DNA of 34,473 nt. It comes from Octopus bimaculoides (Eukaryota). Shown here piece after piece: positions 19,970 to 31,606 of this stretch (its first letter is position 1; every line of letters starts with the position of its first letter). Location of the stretch: contig NC_068984.1 in NCBI RefSeq assembly GCF_001194135.2, positions 85,754,032-85,788,504 on the forward strand. Direction: 5' to 3'. The notes below the pieces were generated by a model that ran no database searches, was not told the DNA's origin, and worked only from the letters and a program-made list of their open reading frames with translations. A program made the position numbers and the translations under genes.

Positions 19970-21180
19970 CCCTAACCCCATCAATTACTTCATTTTTTTC
20001 TGTAACCCTAACCCTAAGTAGAAAATTTTTGGAAATTTTTTTCAGAATCATAATCTCCGTATTTTTCCGCATATTTAAAAAAAAAAAAAAAAATTCTAGA
20101 AAAAGTTTAAAATGAAGTATTTAGGGGAGGGGGGTAATTTCAAAATGCCGATTTTTGCCAATTTTTTTGCAGATTCGTATTCTCCGTAGCCGAAAACGGG
20201 GTTTGTGTAGAAAAAAATTAAATAAAAAAAGGGGGTGTTTTGGGTGGGTGGGGGTACAAAAGGAAGTCTTGCCTAATTCACTAAGAGACCATACCACATC
20301 ATGTCCCAATCCATATGGTCTGTTTCCATTATATTTTTTACATGTGTAAACACCGAAGTTTACACATTATCCGCTGTCTGATTCACAAAGTTCCCATACC
20401 TGGATCCCCCATTTAGTGGGTTTGGCAGGCATGTACTGCCAAAAATGTACTCTGCCCTTATAGCCTACATTGAGACTTTTCCCAGGTAGATACAGTTTTA
20501 TAACTATTAAGGAGTAAATCAATTACATGACGTACTTTGTACAGGGGATCGTTGTTTGGGTCGTTTTTGCTGGGGGCATTAGCAGAATCAGTTACATGTA
20601 AATACTGAGATATTTTTGAATACCTCGTCTTCGATATTATACTTAAGATATACGGATCATCATACCTTATATCAGGACTCCAGTAGTTCCACAGTCAAGG
20701 AAGTTGTTTAACACCAAATATGATACTGATTTTGAAAAACGCTCTCATTTCCGCAGTATAAGCTGGCTGCCATAGTGGATCGTTTCTTCTGCGATTAGAA
20801 ATTATACGTTGCGTATATTTGTTTCCTCCGTAACATTTTCAAAAAAACTTTCCTGTAAAAATTAAAATAGATAGTCCAATGGTTGAGCATCAGGAGGTAA
20901 ATTGTGTTGTGGACCAGTGTTTACTGTGAAATCAAGAATAGTGATTGGTGTTGTAATCTTTGACCATGTCGCCATGTTTACGATATCATTTTTATCACTT
21001 TCGGTCTCAAAATCTTTCTCGTCCGACGAATATTCACTAATATCGATATCAGATTCGTCCAAAGACAGAATACTCTTGTTTTCATTTATGTTTCCTGTAT
21101 CGTCAAGATTAAAACCTTCAAAGTCCAAATCGCTATTTGCTGATGCCATTTCATTAAAAACTAAGATACAGACTTCTCTT
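19970..21180 (-). mobile_element. piggyBac-like element, deleted; transposase fragment ~20265-21149
   Basis: Acidic N-terminus, then DPLYKVRHVIDLL, GYKGRVHFWQYMPAKPTKWG, VWELCESDSG, GVYTCK and GLGHDVV. TTAA|CCC at 19966-19972 is a possible end. Confidence 0.8.
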
Positions 21181-22171
21181 CAAACGTTGAAAAAAACCAT
21201 TGATTTTTTTATTACCCACAAGGCGCGAACACAGACGGGACAATACATAACATGTGGGGACATAAAACAGAAAAAAAAAGAAAAAATCAAATTAACGTAT
21301 GAGAACATGGGATGATAATGAAAATGAGAAAAATGCAATGAAACTACTCGGCCCCATCTCCGAGCAACTCCGTTTCTGCCTTTTAACACCTCTTATACCC
21401 TGAACCTTCTAAAATGTCTACATCATGCTCTTCCAACAATTTTTCATATGTTAAAAGGTCTTTATCTGGTAGTATGTTCCAATGAAGTTCCACTTCCCAC
21501 CAATCATATCCACTTTCATGCCTTACCAACCTCACCTTTTGTTCCTCTGTGGTTACCACACGTTGGTGCCACCTCTTAACATTGTCATACCTCTCTGTTT
21601 CCATTTTTTCACACTCTTCCCATGTCACTACCTCCCTACATAATTCCTCATTTGAATTGTCATACATTATTACAGTACATTTTTTTCTTTTCTGCTTGGC
21701 TGGAGGGAGTTTGAGAGGTTTTGTGTGTACTTGTTTTCTTTTTCTTTTGTTTTTGTATCGGAGGGGAATGAATAGGCTTGGTGTCTGCAGGGGGTCTGAG
21801 AGGGTGTGGGTGGGGTGTATGTGGGTTGGAGTTTAGAGTTCAAAACACTTGCCTTCTTTCTCTTTCTTCTGGTGACTTTTTCCCGTTGCTACTACTTCCT
21901 CCTCCTTTCTGGAACTCTCCAACCTCTCTTCCATTTGCTCCTCTATATTCTTTAGTCGCCTCTCCTCTGCTTTTTTGGTCTGTTAAGGGCAATCCGCTCT
22001 AATGTGGCCCTTTAGGCCACATTTAAACCATCTGGGGACTCTGACCGTCATTATCACGTCATCCATAATTATTGACACTGTGATATTTTCCAGAGTCTCG
22101 GTTGATCCTTGAACAATCAGGTTCAGTGTTTATCCCTTCCATATCACGCTTTCCTTTTTTGTAGCTTAGAG

Positions 22172-22468
22172 CAGGGGTTTTCAAACTTTTTGACTTGCGG
22201 ACCCCTTTATCTTTCAGGCTTTACCTTAGCGACCACCTTATAAACACTTATGAAATTTATACATAAATATTTGCTTAAAATAACATATATTTTTACATTT
22301 ATTTATTTAACAGTATTTAACAAATAGGTTTATTGTCAATTAAAAGATTTCGATTAAAAAACATATATAAAATCAAATTGCCCATAAAAAGTATTTGCTG
22401 TCTACGGACCCCCTGTCTTGTCCTTGCGGACCCCCTGTGGTCCACGGACCACAGTTTGAAAACCCCTG
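22172..22468. mobile_element. hAT (Charlie-like) MITE nested in the ORF1 element
   Basis: Perfect 16-bp TIRs CAGGGGTTTTCAAACT / AGTTTGAAAACCCCTG; 8-bp TSD GCTTAGAG / GCCTAGAG. Confidence 0.92.
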
Positions 22469-22960
22469 GCCTAGAGAACCACTATGTTGTCCTCGTTTCC
22501 AAGAAGGACAGCGACTGCTACTCAGGCCACATCAATCTCAGGTGGAATTCCTTCTACGCTTATTCTTGTTGCTCTTAGTCCTCGGTAAGTGGGCATAAGC
22601 ACCACTTCCTCACTCTTGATGGATGTCGCTGGTTGTTTCCTTGCTGTTGTCCCTTCCTTGAACCTCACCTCCACTACTCCAAACATCGAACCTCTTGCGA
22701 GGTATACAATATCGCTCCATATCGGTCTCAGAGCCTTTTCCACCTGGTCCGTAGTCACAATGTCAATTTTTCCTTTACTTATTGAAAAGGTTCAGTATAT
22801 CATTGTCCTTTCATTAATGTTATTACATGTCTCTTGGGGGCAGGGACAGCTTCACCTCAAAACCATCTCGACTTAGTAAATCTTTATACCTTCTAAATTT
22901 TCCAATATCCATTTCCTTCTGGCATTTTGCCATGTTGGCAAAATTCCTCTTCTCCTTCTT

Positions 22961-23039
22961 CAGTTGATTGTCTATCTTCCAGTTGATTGTCTATCTTCCA
23001 GTTGATTGTCTATCTTCCAGTTGATTGTCTATCTTCCAG
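22961..23039. repeat. Perfect 19-bp tandem repeat, 4 copies (CAGTTGATTGTCTATCTTC)
   Basis: Direct reading; lies in the 5' part of ORF1. Confidence 0.95.
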
Positions 23040-23369
23040 ACCACTCCAACAATTCCTCTTCTGATGACGATATGTCTGAGAAGCTATAGTCTTCTACAGA
23101 CATGTTTTTACTAAGCTGTCTCTCCTCTCACGAGAAGAGAAAGCACAAACAAACCGCTGCAAAACAGCACATGTTCAAATACTATAGAAAAAACACCAGT
23201 GCAAAAAGCAAAGTATAAAATATACAAACATTGAAAAAACCATGTGGTCTAAACAATTTCACAGTATTTATACTTGAATAAAGGCAGGAAAGGCTTCATC
23301 TCACATTATCTGAAAGCTACAAGAATTCAGTAACATGATTTGTTTATTTTTGTAGCGACTTCATAGTGC

Positions 23370-23458
23370 AGTCGGATACGGCTGGATTTGGCCAGTTTGA
23401 ACAAATAAAGGGGAATTAATTTTGGCAGGTTTTGTCCAGTTTGAACACTAAAGGGCTA
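23370..23458. mobile_element. Terminus of a probable piggyBac-type MITE
   Basis: Ends CCAGTTTGAACACTAAAGGGCTA, a degenerate AGGG|TTAA end; no partner end found. Confidence 0.3.
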
Positions 23459-23514
23459 GGTAGGTACAGACGATGAACGTCTGCTTTTGGGTGGTGCATA
23501 TTCTTAGATGTTAG

Positions 23515-23840
23515 TAGTTGACTTCAGCAGAATTTGAACTCAGAACGTAAAGATGGGTGAAATGCCACTAAGCATTTTGCCTGGTTAACAATTCTGCCAG
23601 CTCACTGCCTTAATAATAATAATGATAATTATTATTATTACTATTATTATTATTATTTCAAATTTTTGCCAGAAGGGCAACTTGGGGGAGGTGGGGATGA
23701 GTCGATTGCATTGACCCCAGTGTTCAACTCATACTTATTTTATCAACCTTGGTGAAATTTGAACTCGAAACATAAAAACAGGCGATATGCTGCTATGTAT
23801 TTTGTCCAGTGTACTAACAATTCTGCCAGCTCGCTGCCCT
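23515..23840 (-). mobile_element. Two SINE family B copies (23515-23610 head; 23656-23840)
   Basis: Both heads read GGCAG(C/T)GAGCTGGCAGAATTGTT on the minus strand; TTCGAGTTCAAA / CTGAGTTCAAA B-box-like. Confidence 0.7.
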
Positions 23841-23849
23841 TATAATTAT

Positions 23850-23886
<37 letters not shown>

Positions 23887-23911
23887 TTTGTATCCAAAGA
23901 TTATTATTATT

Positions 23912-24084
23912 CAGTAGTTTTATTTTTATAACGTGCTTTCACTTCACTACCGAGCGCAGCTCTGTGCGCCTTGGGTATGTGCTGTGGTGCTCTTATGTTT
24001 ACTGTATTGAAAGTGTTTTGCGTAGGATGTGTGCAGTACCCAGTAGTGCAATTTTCTGTATGTTATATATATTTGTAAGTCCTG
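23912..24084 (-). mobile_element. R4/Dong 3' end running into the gap
   Basis: NIQKIALLGTAHILRKTLSIQ* plus 3' UTR; (ATT)n at 23900-23911 and again after the gap. Confidence 0.8.
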
Positions 24085-24733
24085 NNNNNNNNNNNNNNNN
24101 NNNNNNNNNNNNNNNNNNNNNNNNNNNNNNNNNNNNNNNNNNNNNNNNNNNNNNNNNNNNNNNNNNNNNNNNNNNNNNNNNNNNNNNNNNNNNNNNNNNN
24201 NNNNNNNNNNNNNNNNNNNNNNNNNNNNNNNNNNNNNNNNNNNNNNNNNNNNNNNNNNNNNNNNNNNNNNNNNNNNNNNNNNNNNNNNNNNNNNNNNNNN
24301 NNNNNNNNNNNNNNNNNNNNNNNNNNNNNNNNNNNNNNNNNNNNNNNNNNNNNNNNNNNNNNNNNNNNNNNNNNNNNNNNNNNNNNNNNNNNNNNNNNNN
24401 NNNNNNNNNNNNNNNNNNNNNNNNNNNNNNNNNNNNNNNNNNNNNNNNNNNNNNNNNNNNNNNNNNNNNNNNNNNNNNNNNNNNNNNNNNNNNNNNNNNN
24501 NNNNNNNNNNNNNNNNNNNNNNNNNNNNNNNNNNNNNNNNNNNNNNNNNNNNNNNNNNNNNNNNNNNNNNNNNNNNNNNNNNNNNNNNNNNNNNNNNNNN
24601 NNNNNNNNNNNNNNNNNNNNNNNNNNNNNNNNNNNNNNNNNNNNNNNNNNNNNNNNNNNNNNNNNNNNNNNNNNNNNNNNNNNNNNNNNNNNTATTATTA
24701 TTATTATTATTATTATCATCATCATCATCATTA

Positions 24734-24945
24734 TGGCGGCCAGCTGGTAGAATCGTTAGCATGTCAGGTAAAATGCATTTTGTCCACCCCTATGCTCTGA
24801 GTACAAATTCCAGTAAGGCTCATTTTGCCTTTCATCCTTTCGGGGTCTATAAAATAAGTACCAGCTGGGCACTGAGGTTGATGTAATCAACTCAGCCCCT
24901 CCCCACCGAACTTGCTAGCCTCATGCCAAAATTTGAAACTATTCC
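24734..24945 (+). mobile_element. SINE family B
   Basis: TGGCGGCCAGCTGGTAGAATCGTTAGC head; CTGAGTACAAATTCC; ends AAAATTTGAAACTATT. Confidence 0.8.
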
Positions 24946-24962
24946 TTTTTTTTTTTTTTTTT

Positions 24963-25451
24963 GTTATCGAAACAAAGCTCAGGTAGGATTTATGTGGATA
25001 GCGGGTTACTACCTGCAACCTTAGGTCTCCACATGCTGTCGGCAATCTTTCAAGTGCTTAGAACCCTCCTGATAATCCTTGCTGTCCCTAAGAGGCAAAC
25101 TTCCTGTAGGATCTCTTCCGGGCTTTCTATTTCAATCTCCTTCAGTCATTTATCTATATCTTGGCTTACTGTTCTCAACACACCAATTATTATAGGCACG
25201 ACCTTTACTGTTCTCATGCTCCAAATTCTTCCTATTTCAAATTTCAAAGGATTGTATTTTCTTTGTTTCCTTTCCTCTTTCTTTACAATTCTGGGATCAA
25301 ATGGGCATGATGTGTCAATGAATAAGCAACTTTGCTTTTCTTTACATATGATCGTAATATCTGATCTATTGTTTTCTAACTTCTTGTCCGTTTGAAAAGG
25401 GAAGTCCCACAAAATCATACATTTCTCTGACTTTAATACTCTTTTGACTCG
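24963..25451 (-). mobile_element. R4/Dong 3' fragment (RLE domain), poly(A) at the 3' end
   Basis: ILWDFPFQTDKKLENNRSDITII...FIDTSCPFD...KYNPLKFEIGRIW...VVPIIIG; same subfamily as 16541. Confidence 0.85.
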
Positions 25452-28400
25452 ATAATTGTACTATGTGTTTCTAGCTTCAGTTTAAACTTCAGATTAAACT
25501 GTTTGAAAAAATTCCTAACATCGGGTTACAGCAAGTAACCTCAGATGCCAAGAATCTTCCTAAGTGTCCTAGCTGTCCCTAATGATACTGTTTTCTGGAG
25601 CAGCACTAAACTAGGTTTTATGCCTATTTCCTCCGTCCATCTGTTCAAATTTTTAGGAATAGTTCCTAATGCACTTATAACTACAGAAATACATTTTACC
25701 CACACTTTCCATACCCTCTGTTTCTCAATGATTAGGTCCTAGCACTTTGTCATTTTCTCTGTACCTCTCATATTGATTTTCTCATCATTTGGGATTGTAA
25801 AGTCAATTACTTTCCAGTCTCTATTCTCTTTGTATATTTCTAATAAATCAGACTTTCTAGCTTCTATTGCTCTGTTTGTTTGAATGTTAAGATCCCACAA
25901 CATCTTATATTTCTTACTTTCTCGCGCTTTACTAGGTTAATGTTCATACCATTTATCAGTTTGGTCAAATACTAGCTTTCTACATAACTCCCTGTGGATT
26001 ATTCTCCCTAAGATCTCATGTATTTTCTTGTATTCTTTTTGTGCGCCAGCATGCATTCACTAACTATATGAGTAATACTTTCTTCCTTTGATTTACATAA
26101 CCTACATTGGGAATCTGCCTGATTTTTGTCTATCTTGGCTTTTATTCAATTAGTCCTCAATACCTGATTTTGTACTGCTAATAACAAACTATCTGTCTCC
26201 CTTTTCAGCCTTCATTTCTGCAACCACACCCATATCTCACTATTCCTATTTCCTGCCACTATCTTTGGAAATCTATCTTTGCAAAACCTTCTCTTGCCAG
26301 GCAGATAATCTTGCTTCTTTTTTCTGGTTTTTAATCTCGTTTGACTTTCGCAGCCCTTAATAAAATGTCCTCACTATTACCTGCATAGGGAGCTATATCT
26401 TCTCTAGTTAACTTCACACAGCTTTCTATCAATATTAAACCTTTACCACTTTCCTTTCTAGGTAGATACTGTCTTGCTACTCCTACTCTTGGATGAAATC
26501 ATCTATTTGTATTGAATTCCTTCCTGGGTCTTCTATCTAGATTTGATAATTCAGATTTTATCTAATCTGCAATAACTTGGAAAAATTTAACTAGTGATAC
26601 TGCCCAAGTATTTACTGCCTTCACTAGATTTGGGCCATTTAGCTTCGATTTCATTAACTTCCTCACCCTTCAGATATACTCTTTCTCAATTTTCACTTTC
26701 ATTTCTATAGTTAGTACTATCATATTCTAATACTCCTAGATACTTATAACTTTCTCTTGTTTTCAGTGATTGTAATGTTTGGCCATCTGGTAATTTGATG
26801 CCTTCACTGATGACTACCTGTCCCTTTTTTATGACTAATATTGTGCACTTATTTAAACCAAGTTCCATACCTTTATTTTTGCTGAAGAGTCTTACAGTTT
26901 GTATTAAGGAATCCATCTCATTTTTATTCTTACTAAAAAGCTTCAGATCATCCACGTAGAGCAAACTTCCCCTTTAGTATCTCTAAACTGATACCTTCTT
27001 AATACTAAACTGAGGGTGATTAAACATAACACAAATATTAAAGGGGATAACGAGTCTGCCTGGAAAATTCTTCTCTTGATACTAACTCTCCCCAAGCCTG
27101 TATCACCTGAGTAGAGATCTATTTTCCATTTCTTCATGCTATTGCTAATTAACTCTCTTATGTTGTCTGCAATAATGAATATTTTCAAACATTCACTTAT
27201 TCATAAGTGCGGAATCGTGTCATAGGCTTTCGTATTATCTATCCATGCTATTGTTAAATTTTTCTTTCTAGATTTCACTTTTATATGACTGTTTTATCTA
27301 TGTATAATAGATCATGCATTCCTTTAGCCTTCTTCCTGAAACCTTTCTGTTCTTCTGAAAGTAAATTCTGGCTGTCAAGGTACTCATAAATGCTTTCTAA
27401 GAGCATTCCTCTGAACAGCTTCATCACCAATGGTAAGCATGTGTTTGGCCTATAATTACTAGCTATATTGCCTTTGCTTTTGTCTTTCATGAGGAGTGCT
27501 GTTCTCCTTCTAGTCATCCAATTAGGTATGACTCCTCCATCCAGGCAATCATGAAGTTGTTCTCTCAGTCTCCCATGTAAGCTACTAAATTTCTTAAACC
27601 AGTATCCTTGAACTAAATCTTACTCAGCATTCTTCCTAACACTTTACTCATCAATGTACTAATTAGTCTTAGATCTGGCTGCTTTTCACAAACTACTTCT
27701 TCCCTCTCTTTCTTTAACCATATTGCATCTCCATTATGACCAACTGGCCTATCCCAAATATCTCTCCAGAACTTTCTGGCTTCCCCTGCATTAGGTTTCT
27801 CTTCTTCAGTAGTTTCTTATACACTATTTGTTCTATTTCTTCTACACAATTTGTTCTGTTGATACTGATCTATTCTTTTTTGATATCTGGAAAGCTTATC
27901 TGCTATTATTATGATACAGTGTTTCAGCTCTTCCGTGACTAACTTGTCCTGTTTCCAGGCTTCTATTCTGCTCAGATTTTGTTTTAATGCCTTCACTTTA
28001 TTTTCTAATCTCCTTCTCCACATCTGCTCCTTCATATTCTTTTCTTGGGGAAACCCTCCTGCATAAATTAATAAGTTAGTGTCACCTATGTTTTTAGTGT
28101 CTATCCTACTGATAACAGAATCTACTTTTCTTGTAATATCTAGCAACTTTTAATGCTGGTATTCATTTTCTTTCTACTTTACTCATTGCTGCCTTCATCT
28201 CATCTAAATTCTTTAAATCTTCCTCACTTAATTTGCTGGTGTCAATTTTTCCTTCCTGATCGGTAGTGCTATTATTTTTCCTGTAGGCTCTTCTTTCTTT
28301 TTTAGTTCTCTTGAGATCTCTTGTACTTCCAATTCTGTCATCCACCTTTTCCTCCTAATTGCATTAGCCTGCTCCACTAGTTACTTCAAACATTCCCTTC

Positions 28401-28477
28401 TTTACCCAAAGTGCTAACATGCATTTTCTGTAGCCCCTTACTTTAGGTTCACTTTACAAGCAGCACTGCATCACTAC
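25452..28477 (-). mobile_element. R4/Dong-clade LINE, nearly full-length ORF, decayed
   Basis: N-terminal VVMQC...GYRK...LW...GMF; NYRPNTCLP; EEQKGF; GIFQADSLSP-like motif; LYVDDLKLF; YKYLG; KILWD...RKSD...LQKTVSLGTARTLRKILGI. Confidence 0.9.
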
Positions 28478-28517
28478 TACTACTACTACTACTACTGTTA
28501 TTATTATTATTTTTACG

Positions 28518-28928
28518 AAGGCGGTGAAGTGGCAGAAACGATAGTATTTCATCCGGCTTTACATCGTGAGATCAAGTTCAGTCAGCTTTGCCTATCATCC
28601 TTCCAAAGTCGAAAAAATAAAGTATCAGTCAAGTACTGGTGTCGATATAATCAACTTGCCCCTTCTCTCAAAATTGCTGGCTTCATGCTAAAATTGGAAA
28701 GAATTGTCTCCAACAAGATGGTGGCAAGCTGGCAGAATGGTTAGTGCATCTGACAAAACACTTGGTGGCATTTCTTCCAACTTTATGATCTGAGTTCAAA
28801 TAGTGATATACTGCTGCTACATTAGAGATGTCAACTTCACCCATCATCCTTTCGGAATCAATGAATTCAACTTGCCCCTTCCTTCAGAATTCTTGGCCTT
28901 GTGCCAAAATTTGAAAAAATTATTATTA
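28518..28928 (+). mobile_element. Two tandem SINE family B copies (28518-28706; 28716-28928)
   Basis: Heads GGCGGTGAAGTGGCAGAA and GGTGGCAAGCTGGCAGAA; the second ends in an ATT tail. Confidence 0.7.
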
Positions 28929-29501
28929 CCAGCAAGACCCATGGAAATTATACATTTTATTCTAAAGTCCTTATTTTTACTTTGATGAATAAGCTTATTG
29001 ATTTTCATAATATTGTTGCGTTATGTTAGAATTCAAGTATGTATGCACTTTCGTTCTGCAGTCAAAGTTGTTTAAAACATAACACTTCAGTTGAATAAAG
29101 ATCATGGAAAGCTTAAAAATATTATATAAGATTATATGATGCTGGATGGCAGAATTTGTAAGGTGATAGAGCAAACTTTAAAATACATTACAATGTTCAC
29201 ATAACACAGGATTGGATTTCTCTTTCATTACCACAGGCTGTGAGAAATACAATGGAGGCCATTTAATCAGTGTATAAGTGTATACTCCTCCTGTATGTGC
29301 AATAACAGGTTATAAATTATCCTTAGACAGAAAGAAGTGGACAAAGTCTCTGACGGATATCAAACAGCGTATCTGCTATTGACCAGATGGCCGTGATATA
29401 TACTACTACACTAATGAGACTTGTTGACTTTAATGGTCAAATTAGAAGCTTCAGTCTTACAAATGAGAAAGGAAATTTGTTTTGGATCATGTGTGTGTAT
29501 G

Positions 29502-29876
29502 TGTTGTTGTTGTTGGCACTCCGTCGCTTACGACGTCGAGGGTTCCAGTTGATCCGATCAACGGAACAGCCTGCTCGTGAAATTAATGTGCAAGTGGCTG
29601 AGCACTCCACAGACACGTGTACCCTTAATGTAGTTCTCGGGGATATTCAGCGTGACACAGTGTGACAAGGCTGACCCTTTGAATTACAGGCACAACAGAA
29701 ACAGGAAGTAAGAGAGAGAAAGTTGTGGTGAAAGAGTACAGCAGGGTTCGCCACTATCCCCTGCCGGAGCCTCGTGGAGCTTTAGGTGTTTTCGCTCAAT
29801 AAACACACACAATGCTCGGTCTGGGAATCGAAACCGCGAGTCCGCTGTCCTAACCACTGGGCCATTGTGCCTCCAC
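29502..29876 (-). mobile_element. SINE family A, copy 3
   Basis: Homologous to copies 1 and 2; 9-bp TSD GTGTGTATG at 29493 and 29877. Confidence 0.9.
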
Positions 29877-30574
29877 GTGTGTATGAGTGTATTCATCTGA
29901 AAGATCTGCTCATGACGTGGCAAAGTATTCATCCAGTATATGTATCCTTATGATAATTCTGAAGTATATTGGTATAGCACAATGTGATAAGACTGGACTT
30001 TTGAATTACAAGAAGCCGTCCAGTAGGCTTTCATACAGTTTCTGTCGACCCAATTTTACTCTTGGTATCTATACTATAAAGGAGAAAGCTGCTTATGAAT
30101 AAGATATGTAACAGTCACTAAAAGTACTAAACGAAAGCAATTATTAAAGGGTCGACCATCTGGAAATATTTTTATAAATTCATGTTCTAAGAAATTTCCT
30201 ATAATTTTGATTGCTAAAGTTTCTTGGCTTTTTTAAATAAAATTTCTTGCAAATTTAAATATTCATTGCATTCACTGCAGAGTATTCCATTTTCATTTGC
30301 AAAGTCTCACTTTTTCTTTTAAGTTTGAATTTGCTATTTAGAAAACCGTCAGTTTATTCTGCTAATGTATACGTAATGTAAAAACATTATTTATTGAATG
30401 AAAATTTTAAAAAATACCCGTGTAATTTTTGAATATGGTATAGCTATGAGAAGAGCCTAGAAAGTTGGGTAATTACTATTAGAAGACAACGAGAAAAAAA
30501 ACAAAAAATTACCGACAAGTACTCGAACCTTGCACCTTATTCACAGTTTCAAAACACTCTCTACCACTAAGCCA

Positions 30575-31436
30575 AGCTGATGAAGGAAATGTTCTCTATG
30601 TGGCCTGTGTGTTTTCTGTACTTTGTTTATCATTTTGTCTACGTTTTGTTTGCAACGTCCTGTACCCAGATATACATCTATATATACAGGTAGATGTAGG
30701 TATCTACATACATGTACGTATATATGCATATACTCATTTATTATTGTATTACATGATCGAACGCACACGTCATCCCTGCAAGTAAGTTTTGAACTTTATA
30801 TTTTCTGACGCAACTCTATCTATCTTTGTATCTTTTTCCCCCTCTCGTTCTTCCTTTTGTTACTACTATATCTCTCTCTTCCTCCCTGTCTCTCGTTGCT
30901 CACCTATTTTATACTTCCTCCCCTTTTTTCTCCCTCTACCACTCTTTCTCCTTACCCCTCGCTGGTCACATGTGTCCAGCCCTACTTCCTTTCTTCCTTG
31001 GCTATCGCCAAGCACGCACACGAACATTCTTCGTCCCGCTTCCTTCCAGTTCGTTGCTTCACAGCGTTCAATACACACATATTTTTTCACGTCCGGCCGT
31101 ATAGCCTTTTTGTATATTTTCACTGTTTCGTTTTCCTGTCTTGTTTTCTGTCCGCCACTACATTCCTCCATGGTACAAATTTAATTTGTGGTCCGTGGGA
31201 AGAGCCATTTTAACGATGCGTCCTGCCCTAACTCTTCGAAATGCCAGTGTGAGAATGGTGGCAGCTGATGAAGGAAATGTTCTGTATGTGGCCTGTGTGT
31301 TTTCTGTACTCTGTTTATCATTTGTCTACGTTTTGTTTGCAACGTCCTGTACCCAGATATGCATCTATATATACAGGTAGATGTAGGTATGTACATACAT
31401 GTACGTATATATGCATATGCTCATTTATTATTGTAT
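30575..31436. mobile_element. Unclassified element with ~175-bp imperfect direct repeats (30575-30749 and 31263-31436)
   Basis: Offset 688 bp; non-coding, pyrimidine-rich interior. Confidence 0.55.
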
Positions 31437-31548
31437 ACACAAACAAGTTGTAAGAGCGACTTCAACACACACCAATACACACTCGTGCACACACATAGAG
31501 ACACATACACACAAATGAAAGGCAATGAATGTGTATGTGTGGGGGGTG

Positions 31549-31606
31549 CTGTTCACTGACAAAACTTCGTGCTGCATCACTTTTGTGACGTTTTGTCAGT
31601 GAACAG
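31549..31606. other. Perfect 17-bp inverted repeat with a 24-nt loop
   Basis: CTGTTCACTGACAAAAC / GTTTTGTCAGTGAACAG. Confidence 0.85.

Larger units (their letters stand above)
21383..23200 (-). mobile_element. Non-LTR ORF1 (gag-like, L1/Tx1-type) element with no ORF2 visible
   Basis: MSVEDYSFSDISSSEEE start at 23104; FGVVEVRF...ISVEGIPPEID; zinc knuckle (C>W)FKCGLKGHIRADCP at ~21984-22033; stops and frameshifts. Confidence 0.6.

Noticed and set aside
20003-20017. Interstitial telomere
   Set aside because: Only about 2.5 units; too short to call.
29237-29278. C-type-lectin-like peptide CEKYNGGHLISV after a good acceptor
   Set aside because: Immediate stop and no convincing donor.
31225-31285. 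Hammerhead in the direct-repeat element (CGAAA...CTGATGAAGG; also 30577)
   Set aside because: Motif order and pairing do not give stems I-III or an NUH cleavage triplet.
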